From Bacillales bacterium UBA4691 (GTDB lineage: Bacteria > Bacillota_I > Bacilli_A > RFN20 > CAG-826), in assembly GCA_002404865.1 (NCBI GenBank), contig DHKP01000007.1, positions 79,019-143,018 on the forward strand: a stretch of 64,000 nucleotides of DNA, written 5' to 3'. Numbering within the stretch: position 1 is the stretch's first letter; the number at the start of each line of letters is the position of its first letter. Positions 35,679 to 44,330 of this stretch are shown here, piece by piece. The notes beneath the pieces were generated by a model that saw only the letters and a list, made by a program, of their open reading frames with translations, had not been told where the DNA came from and did not search any database. The translations under genes and the position numbers were made by a program.

Positions 35679-36045
35679 CTGAATAAAAGAAAAAACCTTC
35701 CAACAAGTAGGAGGTCTGTAACTGTTTCCGTTACCGAATGTGCGCTAGCCTTTTAACGTGGTCTTAGGCACTGCGCTGTCCACGATCCAATCCTCGCGCT
35801 GGTCATAGGGCAATTCACAGGTATTATTTTGATAAGTGCGTGGATTCTCCTTGGATTAGGGTGCTGTTTTATTGATTCTTGATGTGCTACTTATGAAGGG
35901 TGTTGCTAAAAACTTCACTTATGAAAAACTATTGAGATAGGATTGAACTATTGAGTTTTGGAACTGAGAAATTAAAAAGGCAAGGATAGTCGAGAAAAAA
36001 TTGTCGTCTGCGCTAAAATTATTGTCCGTAAGGAGCTGAAGGAAT

Positions 36046-36927
36046 ATGAAAGAACAGATTTTGGCTGTCCAGCGGATGCAGGATTATATCGAGAAGAATA
36101 ATGCAAAGGAAATCAATTTGTCGGACTTAGCGCGCGCGTCAATGTTTTCTCCGTGGTATTCTTATCGACTGTTCCGTGACTCTCTTGGGCTGACGCCGAC
36201 TGAGTATATCCGCAAGTATCGGCTCACGCAGGCGGCAAAAAAACTTAAAAGCGGTAATATCAAGGTTATTGACGCAGCGTTTGGCGCAGGTTTTTTGAAT
36301 GTAGATACCTTCACACGGGCATTTTACAGAGAATTCGGGCTGAACCCAAGCGACTATACGAAAAATCCGGTTCCTGTCACCTTCTTTATTCCTTACGGTG
36401 CAAAATATCGAGAATTAAAAAAGGAGGACATCGACGTGTCAAACATTCAACCTATTTTCATTCAGGTTATCCGTAAGCCGGAACGCCTATGCATTATCAA
36501 ACGTGGCAAGCAGGCGACAGACTATTTCCCGTACTGCGAAGAAGTCAGTTGTGACGTTTGGGGTATTCTTATGAGTATGAAGTCGCTCTGTGGAGAACCC
36601 GTTTCCATGTGGTTGCCTGAAAAATACAAAAAGCCGAATACATCCACCTATGTGCAGGGTGTCGAGGTCGAAACCGACTACAAGGGAATCATTCCGGAAG
36701 GATTTGAAACCATTCATCTGCCCGAAGCAGAATATCTGATGTTTCAGGGACCATCTTTCCGCGAAGAGGATTATTGCGAAGCTATCCGCACGGTACAAAC
36801 GGCAATGGATAGTTACGATCCATCTGTCATTGGCTACCGCTGGGACAATGAAAATCCGCGCATTCAATTAGAACCTCGCGGACAGCGCGGATACATTGAG
36901 CTGAGAGCCGTGTGTAAATGTCAATGA
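36046..36927 (+). CDS. AraC-family transcriptional regulator with a C-terminal GyrI-like effector-binding domain
   Basis: The AraC HTH is INLSDLARASMFSPWYSYRLFRDSLGLTPTEYIRKYRLTQAAKKL...FLNVDTFTRAFYREFGLNPSDY. The C-terminal ~160 aa are GyrI-like. The RBS is AAGGAG. G+C and codon choice (CTG, CCG, GCG, CGG) are visibly higher than in neighbouring genes. Confidence 0.88.
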   Translation: MKEQILAVQRMQDYIEKNNAKEINLSDLARASMFSPWYSYRLFRDSLGLTPTEYIRKYRLTQAAKKLKSGNIKVIDAAFGAGFLNVDTFTRAFYREFGLNPSDYTKNPVPVTFFIPYGAKYRELKKEDIDVSNIQPIFIQVIRKPERLCIIKRGKQATDYFPYCEEVSCDVWGILMSMKSLCGEPVSMWLPEKYKKPNTSTYVQGVEVETDYKGIIPEGFETIHLPEAEYLMFQGPSFREEDYCEAIRTVQTAMDSYDPSVIGYRWDNENPRIQLEPRGQRGYIELRAVCKCQ

Positions 36928-36990
36928 TATTTTTAATAAAAAATAGAAACAATAATTAATAGAAAATGGAATTATAATATTAATAATGTA

Positions 36991-37035
36991 AGAGATAGCA
37001 TTAGCTGTTAATAGGTAAAATGCTATCTCTTTTTA
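36991..37035 (+). terminator. Rho-independent terminator of the AraC-family gene
   Basis: The sequence is AGAGATAGCATT-(16 nt)-AATGCTATCTCT followed by TTTT. Confidence 0.7.
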
Positions 37036-37080
37036 CGTTTAATTAATATATTCTTAGTCCCATAAGAAGGAACCATCAAT

Positions 37081-37134
37081 CGTTCCATAGCAACATCTAT
37101 CGTCCCGTTGATAAGGCTTTCGTTCCGTTGCAAT
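37081..37134 (+). repeat. Three direct repeats with an exact 20-bp period (CGTYCC-R-T-W-G...)
   Basis: The copies are CGTTCCATAGCAAC (37081), CGTCCCGTTGATAA (37101) and CGTTCCGTTGCAAT (37121). Confidence 0.5.
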
Positions 37135-37228
37135 ATGTAAAAAGAAAAAGAGCCTCTTAAAAATGCCGTTTGACACTTCAAAAAGACTCTATATTTTGTT
37201 GGCAGAAAGGATAAATGTTCCTATCTGC

Positions 37229-37260
37229 AAAAAAGGTCTGACACAATTTGTATCAAACCT
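37229..37260 (-). terminator. Rho-independent terminator of tRNA-Ser(GCT)
   Basis: On the minus strand AGGUUUGAUACA pairs with UGUGUCAGACCU (12 bp including two G-U pairs). UUUUUU follows. Confidence 0.7.
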
Positions 37261-37272
37261 ATGCTTTTCTTA

Positions 37273-37364
37273 TGGCGGAGGCGGAGAGATTTGAACTCTC
37301 GCTGGAAGAAACTCCCACTAACAGATTAGCAATCTGCCCCCTTCGGCCTCTTGGGTACGCCTCC
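37273..37364 (-). tRNA. tRNA-Ser (anticodon GCT)
   Basis: The 92-nt sequence has a long variable arm: GGAGGCGTACCCAAGAGGCCGAAGGGGGCAGA-TTGCTAA-TCTG...GAGAGTTCAAATCTCTCCGCCTCCGCCA. Confidence 0.93.
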
Positions 37365-37561
37365 GTGCCGGAATATACTAGCACAAACCAGTAAGAAGTT
37401 ACTAGAAACTTTCGAAAGTTTTATTGGAAACTCAAGATTTGGGAGAGCAAAACAGAAATTCAACACAGTTTTTATTAAAATAAGCAATGAACGCGATAGA
37501 GAATTGATTCATTGAAGAGTCATTTTCTTGCGAATCGAAAGGTGGGTTTTATAATGTTGCC

Positions 37562-38923
37562 ATGGTAGAAAATAAAGAAGAATCGGAATGCGCTCGTAGA
37601 GCAATTCGTAACGCGATAGCCTTTTTAATAGCTTCAACTTGTTTTTTAGCGTATTGGATTACCTTTTTATTGATGGGCGTCGCCGAACGCCCAAAGAATT
37701 ATTCTTTATATTTATTCTTTGTTATCCTCGAATTAGTATTCCATTCGCTCATCATTGTTTTTACTTCTCTTTCTCTTCGGAAAAAGCACCATAAGCATTA
37801 TCAATTTTTCTTCACAGGGAACTGGATTTTATTATCCATTGCCACTTTCCCATTGCCGTTCGCCTATTTGTTTAGCGCAGGTATGAATAACGTTCCTCTC
37901 GATAATGAGGTGGCTAGCATGGCTACTCCCACCACAATTCTATGCATCCTCGCTCTATTTTTCGCATCTGCAGCCCTAGAAAAATATCAGGAGCGCGACA
38001 TTAGCGCACATAAGACTTTTATTCGGCTCATGGTAGGGACTTTATTTGCGGCAGCCTTATATGTCTTTGGCTCAATGATTTACAAAATCAGCGTGAATAC
38101 AAATCCTAGCGGAATGCTCACTACGATTTATTTTTATGTCGCATTGGCTTTTATCTATTTAGCCATATGCGTTTATGGCGCAATCAGCGTCACTAAAGAA
38201 ATGTCTATCACTTCCTTGGACGAAAAGCGAAAAGTCCCCGATTCGAAGCATTCTTTATTTCGGATCGCGAATGGTTTTTATTTAGCCTATTCCTTAATCA
38301 ATATCGTGATGGACTCCTATAATCTTGCTTCGGCGATAAAAAACGATAACGTCATTACAAATATCAGATTCGGAAGGGTCGATTCCTTCTTGCTATTAGG
38401 AAATGAAATATTTTTGTTCCTCATTCATTCTTTTTTGCTTCTATACGCATTCATTCTCCTTCACGCCAAAAATGAAGAAAAACAAAGAGATCCATTGTTC
38501 TCCTTATCAGTATTAAGTGTTTTGTTTTGCCTTTCTTACGCGGTACCAGGAATTGTGGGAGGAAATGGAATCGTAAAAACGTATTTATCGTCTCGCGTAA
38601 ATATGATCCCTTATATCATTCCAGAATTCTCCATCATTACATTTGCGGTCATCGGAGTGGGAACTAGTCTTGCTGGTTTATTTTTTGTAGGCCATAGAAG
38701 GATCGATGCTGCAATATTCATCGCGGTTGCTTCTTTTATGATGGTCGGCGTCACAATCGCATTATTCGCTGGTGAAATCTATTTGCTCGTCAATGAAAAA
38801 TCTACGTTCTTTCAAAGTATAAGCGTCCTAGTCGAATCGCTTCCTGATTTAGCCTTGGTGACTATCAATCTTCTCGCCTTAGCAAAAGAATATCCCCAAA
38901 AAGAAAAAATCGCCTCAAAGTGA
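37562..38923 (+). CDS. Polytopic integral membrane protein (hypothetical, ~12 TM segments)
   Basis: The 453-aa ORF is almost entirely hydrophobic helices. I recognise no family motif. Confidence 0.6.
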   Translation: MVENKEESECARRAIRNAIAFLIASTCFLAYWITFLLMGVAERPKNYSLYLFFVILELVFHSLIIVFTSLSLRKKHHKHYQFFFTGNWILLSIATFPLPFAYLFSAGMNNVPLDNEVASMATPTTILCILALFFASAALEKYQERDISAHKTFIRLMVGTLFAAALYVFGSMIYKISVNTNPSGMLTTIYFYVALAFIYLAICVYGAISVTKEMSITSLDEKRKVPDSKHSLFRIANGFYLAYSLINIVMDSYNLASAIKNDNVITNIRFGRVDSFLLLGNEIFLFLIHSFLLLYAFILLHAKNEEKQRDPLFSLSVLSVLFCLSYAVPGIVGGNGIVKTYLSSRVNMIPYIIPEFSIITFAVIGVGTSLAGLFFVGHRRIDAAIFIAVASFMMVGVTIALFAGEIYLLVNEKSTFFQSISVLVESLPDLALVTINLLALAKEYPQKEKIASK

Positions 38924-38936
38924 AGCGATTCTTTTT

Positions 38937-40376
38937 TTAATAGGCTCTAGCGAAATAGGCAATCAATTTAGCGCTTTTCCCGCATACTGGGCATAGCGTT
39001 CCTTCTTCCACACTTTCTTTATAAATGCAGCGAGCGGTGCCGCCAAGGGTGAATTCCTTGATTTTATCTTCACATTCTACTTCACCACAAAACGCCATTT
39101 TGACATATCCGCCTTTATCGAGCATCGCCTTAAGTTCTTCTAAGGAATGGGCTTCGTAAATATGGGAATCAAGGAAAGCTTTCGCCTTGTCATACATTAA
39201 TTTATGAATCTCTTTAAGCAAGGAAGGAATTTCTTCTTCGATGGTTTCAATCTTTGCCGTTTGCTTTTCTCCATCGACGCGGCGGGTGAGAACAGCTTCT
39301 CCTTTCGCCAAGTCACGTGGTCCGATTTCGATGCGAAGTGGGACGCCTTTCATCTCGTATTCGCTAAATTTCCATCCTGGCGTCTTTTTTGGATCATCGT
39401 CCACTTTCACGCGGATGCCTTTTTCTTTGAGTTGCTTTGCGATAGAATTGCAGGCTTCTAAAATCCCCGCTTCTTGTTGACGAACGGGGATGATGACGAC
39501 TTGGATTGGGGCTACAAATGGAGGTAGCACTAAGCCGTTATCGTCTCCATGAACCATGATTGTTGCACCGAGTAGACGCGTAGAAACCCCCCAAGAAGTT
39601 TGATGGGGGATAGATAAATGGTTATCTCTCCCCATGAAGGAAATGCCATAGGCTTTCGCAAATCCCTGTCCTAAATAATGGGAAGTGCCGCTTTGCAAAG
39701 CTTTACCATCATGCATCAAAGCTTCAATCGTATAAGTAGCGACGGCACCAGCAAATTTTTCGTGTTCTGTTTTTTTGCCTTTCACAAAAGGTATCGCGAG
39801 AAGTTCTTTACCGACATCATCGTAAATATCGAGGAAGGTTTTCACATTCTCTTCTGCTTCTTCTTTCGTTTCAAATAAACAGTGCCCTTCTTGCCAAAGG
39901 AATTCAGCGCCCCGGAGGAATGGACGAGTTGTCTTTTCCCAGCGAACAACCGAACACCACTGGTTATACATTTTTGGAAGGTCCCGGTAACTAGAAATTT
40001 GACGTTTGTATAATTCGCTAAATAAAATTTCACTCGTTGGACGAATGACTAATGGATCTTCTAGTTTTTTGCCGCCTCCATAAGTCGCAACAAGGGTTTC
40101 AGGAGCGAATCCTTCCACGTGCTCTTTTTCTTTGGCGAATAAAGACATTGGGATGACAAGAGGCAAATACACATTCATCGCGCCATTTTCTTTAAAACGG
40201 CGATTCATGTAATTTTGAATCTCTTCCCAAATCGCATAGCTATAGGGAAGATAATCGATGAATCCTTTCACCGAGCTATAATCCATAAGCTCTGCTTTTT
40301 TGCAAATATCGGTGTACCACTGCGCGAAATCTTCCTCGCGAGAGGTAATGGCTTGGTTTTTGATTTGTTGGCTCAT
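38937..40376 (-). CDS. proS: Proline--tRNA ligase (archaeal/eukaryote-like short type)
   Basis: It has class II aaRS motifs and the C-terminal zinc-binding domain ending ...CPVCGKSAKLIAYFARAY (terminal Tyr). I trimmed the start to the ATG at 40376 (MSQQIKNQ), which has a GGAAAGGGGAA RBS. Confidence 0.93.
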   Translation of the reverse strand: MSQQIKNQAITSREEDFAQWYTDICKKAELMDYSSVKGFIDYLPYSYAIWEEIQNYMNRRFKENGAMNVYLPLVIPMSLFAKEKEHVEGFAPETLVATYGGGKKLEDPLVIRPTSEILFSELYKRQISSYRDLPKMYNQWCSVVRWEKTTRPFLRGAEFLWQEGHCLFETKEEAEENVKTFLDIYDDVGKELLAIPFVKGKKTEHEKFAGAVATYTIEALMHDGKALQSGTSHYLGQGFAKAYGISFMGRDNHLSIPHQTSWGVSTRLLGATIMVHGDDNGLVLPPFVAPIQVVIIPVRQQEAGILEACNSIAKQLKEKGIRVKVDDDPKKTPGWKFSEYEMKGVPLRIEIGPRDLAKGEAVLTRRVDGEKQTAKIETIEEEIPSLLKEIHKLMYDKAKAFLDSHIYEAHSLEELKAMLDKGGYVKMAFCGEVECEDKIKEFTLGGTARCIYKESVEEGTLCPVCGKSAKLIAYFARAY

Positions 40377-40389
40377 AAGTTCCCCTTTC

Positions 40390-42201
40390 CTATTTTCGGT
40401 CAATCATTCCTTTAACGCGGTCAACGCTTTTGCTATTAATCGGCTTAAACATTGCGTCGTATGGCGCAAATGAATCACTAGAGATATACTCCACCTTGCT
40501 GCCAACCACAAGTTCAATCGCGTTCCAGTTCATTAAATTTGTGCCGATTATCGGTTTTTTATAACGCATGAGGCGTTCCACTAGCGCGTGGAGCTCACTG
40601 CGAATCGCCGTATCCATATTGGTTTCAGAACGTGAGGAGAAATCTACGAAGAAAGCATCGCATTGTTCATAAATAGAGCGCTCTAAGACAAGCGCCTTGC
40701 CCTTTAAATAGATGGCAAAGCCAAAGCCGTTTCTTTTGATGGTCGCAATGAATTTAAATAAGGTTTCGATACTAGTTGGATCGAGGTAATTAGCAATGTC
40801 TTCTTCTTTGAACAAGAAGGTAAGGTTCGCTTCTTTTGCGGCATTATAGTGAGGGAAAAAAGAAGTAATAAGCATTCTTTCGTCCATTCTAGCAGGCAAG
40901 AACAAACGATGGTTTTTTTCCATCCTCTCAGCGACAAAAGTAGGCACTAAATGTTTGGCAATCGCCGCGAATAAACTCTTTTCGTCTTTTGCGCGAATCG
41001 CGTAGTTCTTTAATTCGTCAATCGAGCCAAAGGAGGTGCCGATTGGAATCGCGCGCGCCATATACCCATATATTTTCTTATCATTAACGTCATATATGGG
41101 TCGATAAGAGAAAGAAAGTTTCTTTTCGTATATAATGCGGTCCACCTCGCTCCGATAATGGAGTTCATCGGCAGGCGTGATGATTTTATCGCCTTTGGAG
41201 AAGAAAGCGAGGGTATCGCTAGTAGTTTCTGTGGCGTTATATGCGCTTTTTCTCGCTGCTTCCAATAGAGCATCGCTATCATCGGGAACATCACGGTTGC
41301 TTACAATTCCGCATTGAACTTGATATTTGGCAAAAGACGTCCTTCTTTTCCCATTATCAAGCGCTTTATCAACCCCGTCTTTTACCCGCAAAGCGTAAAA
41401 AATCGCGTTGCTCATCTCAATCATATCAAAATTCACCACGACAATTTCCGTATTCGATAAGCGAATCGCCTTTTCATTTCCGGAAACGTAAGGGAACAAA
41501 GCGTTTTTAAAACGCAAAAAGAGATCATTGGAGACTTCGCTATCCTTTAAGTGAGGATCAAAGCCAGGGAGCCCAGTTTTGCCCCTGCATAAGGTAAAAC
41601 AGAACGTATAGCCAACGTTATTACCGTTGATTTTTAAGACCTGAGCAAGCTCGCCTTCCGAAGAGAAATTTCTCATCGCAGTATGAACGGGCTTATCAAA
41701 ATGGAGCAAATAGCTTTCTAAGTGGAGTATCCCCTGCGCAACATTGACGGAATCAACATGCAAAAATGATGACATGGTTCGTCTTTCTTTCTTGAAATAA
41801 ACGTCCACTTGGAGATATTTTTGCTCATTTTTCCCGCCGAGTAATCCGTCAATCCAATTTCTTACTCTTTCTTGCTCAGAGACAGGAAAAGAAGAATAAA
41901 AGCCTTCCATCGTCGCGATTTTGACTTCGCTCATACTAGAAAGATTAAAATAGCGAACATAATTTCTCGGGCGATTTATGTAAAATACGCGGATAGATGC
42001 AGACTGATTATTGATTTCTTTTTTAAAACGATTTGTTTTGTTATTTTCAACAACGAATAAAGCGATGACTAGTGTAAGCAAAATAACAAGAATCAAACCA
42101 ACTAAAAGAAAGGAAATCTGCTCGTAACTACCTTCAAATGCTTCAATAGAAGAGGCTAGAATTTGTTTTTTTGCATTTAAAAAAGAAACGGATTTTTCCA
42201 T
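40390..42201 (-). CDS. Membrane-anchored protein with degenerate GGDEF-like and degenerate EAL-like domains
   Basis: One N-terminal TM helix is present. The GGDEF position reads RLSNTEIVVV, and the later QCGIVS and LLEAARKSAYNA match the domain spacing. The EAL domain starts FSYRPIYDVNDKKIYGYMARA (EAL replaced by MAR). DDFGTG is replaced by IYLKGKA, and EGVE by IGTNLMN. The ATG is at 42201 (the ORF-track TTG is at 42204). Confidence 0.55.
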   Translation of the reverse strand: MEKSVSFLNAKKQILASSIEAFEGSYEQISFLLVGLILVILLTLVIALFVVENNKTNRFKKEINNQSASIRVFYINRPRNYVRYFNLSSMSEVKIATMEGFYSSFPVSEQERVRNWIDGLLGGKNEQKYLQVDVYFKKERRTMSSFLHVDSVNVAQGILHLESYLLHFDKPVHTAMRNFSSEGELAQVLKINGNNVGYTFCFTLCRGKTGLPGFDPHLKDSEVSNDLFLRFKNALFPYVSGNEKAIRLSNTEIVVVNFDMIEMSNAIFYALRVKDGVDKALDNGKRRTSFAKYQVQCGIVSNRDVPDDSDALLEAARKSAYNATETTSDTLAFFSKGDKIITPADELHYRSEVDRIIYEKKLSFSYRPIYDVNDKKIYGYMARAIPIGTSFGSIDELKNYAIRAKDEKSLFAAIAKHLVPTFVAERMEKNHRLFLPARMDERMLITSFFPHYNAAKEANLTFLFKEEDIANYLDPTSIETLFKFIATIKRNGFGFAIYLKGKALVLERSIYEQCDAFFVDFSSRSETNMDTAIRSELHALVERLMRYKKPIIGTNLMNWNAIELVVGSKVEYISSDSFAPYDAMFKPINSKSVDRVKGMIDRK

Positions 42202-42281
42202 CAAGGGAATTGTAACACGTTCTAGTATGCTTTGATATGCGCATTAATAGGCGAAAAGAGGGTCAACTCTTCACTATATTC

Positions 42282-42310
42282 TTGAGGAAAGCATCGTATC
42301 GCGCTATGAT
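42282..42310 (+). promoter_or_regulatory. Sigma70-type promoter of tRNA-Ser(CGA)
   Basis: The element is TTGAGG, a 17-nt spacer, then TATGAT. The -10 ends 11 nt before the tRNA 5' end. Confidence 0.55.
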
Positions 42311-42321
42311 TAGCGCTACTT

Positions 42322-42412
42322 GGAGAAGTACCCAAGAGGCCGAAGGGGTCAGTTTCGAAAACTGATAGTGGGCATCCGCCCAGCAGGGGTTCGACTCCCC
42401 TCTTCTCCGCCA
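42322..42412 (+). tRNA. tRNA-Ser (anticodon CGA)
   Basis: The 91-nt sequence has a long variable arm: GGAGAAGTACCCAAGAGGCCGAAGGGGTCAGT-TTCGAAA-ACTG...GGGGTTCGACTCCCCTCTTCTCCGCCA. Confidence 0.93.
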
Positions 42413-42424
42413 AAATTCCAATAT

Positions 42425-42446
42425 ACGGGCTCATCCCGTTTTTTTA
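42425..42446 (+). terminator. Rho-independent terminator of tRNA-Ser(CGA)
   Basis: The sequence is ACGGG-ctcat-CCCGT followed by TTTTTTT. Confidence 0.7.
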
Positions 42447-42660
42447 TTCATCGCTAAAAATTGCAATCCAAAAAATAGAACACGAAAACAATTTTCCTTA
42501 AGCAAATTGGAAATAAAGAAAAATCTCAATAAACGTTTCGAAAGCGACTTGCCTTACCATTCTAGAAAACGCAAACTTAAAACTAGAAAAGCAAATTACG
42601 ACAGGCTAAAGGATCGAAGAAACAACTTCAAAACGGGGGCATCCACTCCCATAACTAGAA

Positions 42661-44325
42661 TCAAGCAATATTTTGATTCACGCAGCCAATCGAATTATTG
42701 TAACTATTGCCAAGAATATCTTTTGGCCGAGAAGGGATAGAAACAGAATGATTCGAATCAAATAACCTCTTTTCACCCATATAGGCATAAACAATACCGT
42801 TATCAAAACCCGCGCGAGAAAATTCGTCATTTTCGAGATTTCTTTGCGCTAATGGATCGAAAGAATAATAATCTCCAATAACGTCGTTTAAATTCTGAAT
42901 ATCGCTAGAAGACGAATAGAAAAGGTTTTTTTCCATGACAAGTTTTGCCTTGTTGCCTAAATCAAGCGAGGAAGAAGAATGGGCGTAGATAAGATTATTA
43001 TAAAATTGCAGTGACCTATCATCCTTCACTTGTAAAAGAATCGGCGAAGTTGACGAGGAGGTGACAATCGTATTGTTGTAGCAATCCACCTTCCCAACGT
43101 AATAATTTAGATAAATAATGCCCTTGTTTCCTTTATCTGCGAGCGAAAGATTGTAACGCAAAGTCACATTATCTTTCGCACCGGCATCGTATTGGCCTGA
43201 GGCATTGCAGTTTAAGAATAAGCCAAAGGAATTATCGTGAGAATAATTGTACTGGAAAATGACATTGCGGCTTTGCAAATCGCTATCGAGCATCGCGCCA
43301 TCTTGGAATTTGCCATTCGATTGTTTTTGAGCCATGTTGCGATAGCCTTCATTTCGCTCTACAAGAGTAGAATCAACGTAAGAAGTAACGATTGTGTTGC
43401 CAGCCTTACAAGTGGTTGCCGTATCATGGAGCACATTGTCTATAATCGCTCCACCAAAAAGATTTCTGACGAAGATACCGTTTTTCGCAATATAGCTAAT
43501 CTCGTTACGAGCGAGCAAAACATTTTTATGGGAGCTGCGTTCAAATTTAGAATCGTAGGGAGAGACTTTGTTGACTTTAGTCCCGTTTACTTGGTACCAA
43601 GTGGCGATTCCAACGTTAGAAACGTTTTTAATTGTGCAATCACTGACCTCGAAACCGTCAATCCTAGCCCTTCCGTCTTTGCTCCAAAGATGAATCCCAC
43701 CCGTAATCTTTGAAGACGTTGCCATACCGGCATTCTCCGCATCGCTATATCCATGAATGTCGTGAATCGATAAGTGGCGTAAGGCAATCGAAGAATACGT
43801 CAAAATATCATTCGTGTTATTTGGGTTCGTTAGTTCCACTAAAACGCCACGTCGGTCTTTTTCCGTCCTTGAGGTGTCATAGATCTCTAAATTCTCCAAT
43901 ATTAAACAAGAGCAATTCAATAAGTAAACAACGCCTTTTCCAGAAATATCATTTCCTGCAATTTTTGGAAGGGAGCCTTCCCCGTAAGAAGTAAGCAAAA
44001 TCGGATGATCCTTTGTCCCAGATAGATTTTTTAACTCTAATGGCGCGGAAAAAAGGCTTCCGCATTTAAAAAAGAGCCTCGTCCCTTCGTTAAAAGTGAT
44101 TTTAGCGATATCAAGAAGAGAAGAATAAGGATTTTCTATCGTTCCGTCCCCGTTACTTGAAGCACTATCAAAATAATAGTCTTGATAGGGAAAAGAATCC
44201 TCGCTACTAGTTTCGTTACTACTAGAAGGATTAGCGATAGAAGGTTCAGCATCTATGCTCCCGCCGAGCGAGCAAGAGCATAGAACAAAAGTAAATACAA
44301 TGAAAAGCGAAGACTTCTTCAGCAT
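42661..44325 (-). CDS. Lipoprotein with right-handed parallel beta-helix repeats (pectate-lyase-fold, putative polysaccharide-active enzyme)
   Basis: The lipobox is FVLCSC. Recurring beta-helix-type turns are present (NVGIATWY, KNGIFVRN, HDNSFGLFLN, NKGIIYLN). It lies directly downstream of the GH3 gene. Confidence 0.7.
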   Translation of the reverse strand: MLKKSSLFIVFTFVLCSCSLGGSIDAEPSIANPSSSNETSSEDSFPYQDYYFDSASSNGDGTIENPYSSLLDIAKITFNEGTRLFFKCGSLFSAPLELKNLSGTKDHPILLTSYGEGSLPKIAGNDISGKGVVYLLNCSCLILENLEIYDTSRTEKDRRGVLVELTNPNNTNDILTYSSIALRHLSIHDIHGYSDAENAGMATSSKITGGIHLWSKDGRARIDGFEVSDCTIKNVSNVGIATWYQVNGTKVNKVSPYDSKFERSSHKNVLLARNEISYIAKNGIFVRNLFGGAIIDNVLHDTATTCKAGNTIVTSYVDSTLVERNEGYRNMAQKQSNGKFQDGAMLDSDLQSRNVIFQYNYSHDNSFGLFLNCNASGQYDAGAKDNVTLRYNLSLADKGNKGIIYLNYYVGKVDCYNNTIVTSSSTSPILLQVKDDRSLQFYNNLIYAHSSSSLDLGNKAKLVMEKNLFYSSSSDIQNLNDVIGDYYSFDPLAQRNLENDEFSRAGFDNGIVYAYMGEKRLFDSNHSVSIPSRPKDILGNSYNNSIGCVNQNIA

Positions 44326-44330
44326 AATCG

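Noticed and set aside
42222-42434. 70-aa minus-strand ORF, and the 77-aa plus-strand ORF at 42507-42740
   Set aside because: The first is antisense to tRNA-Ser(CGA). The second has a non-ATG start, no RBS and a basic low-complexity sequence, and it overlaps the 3' end of the beta-helix gene.
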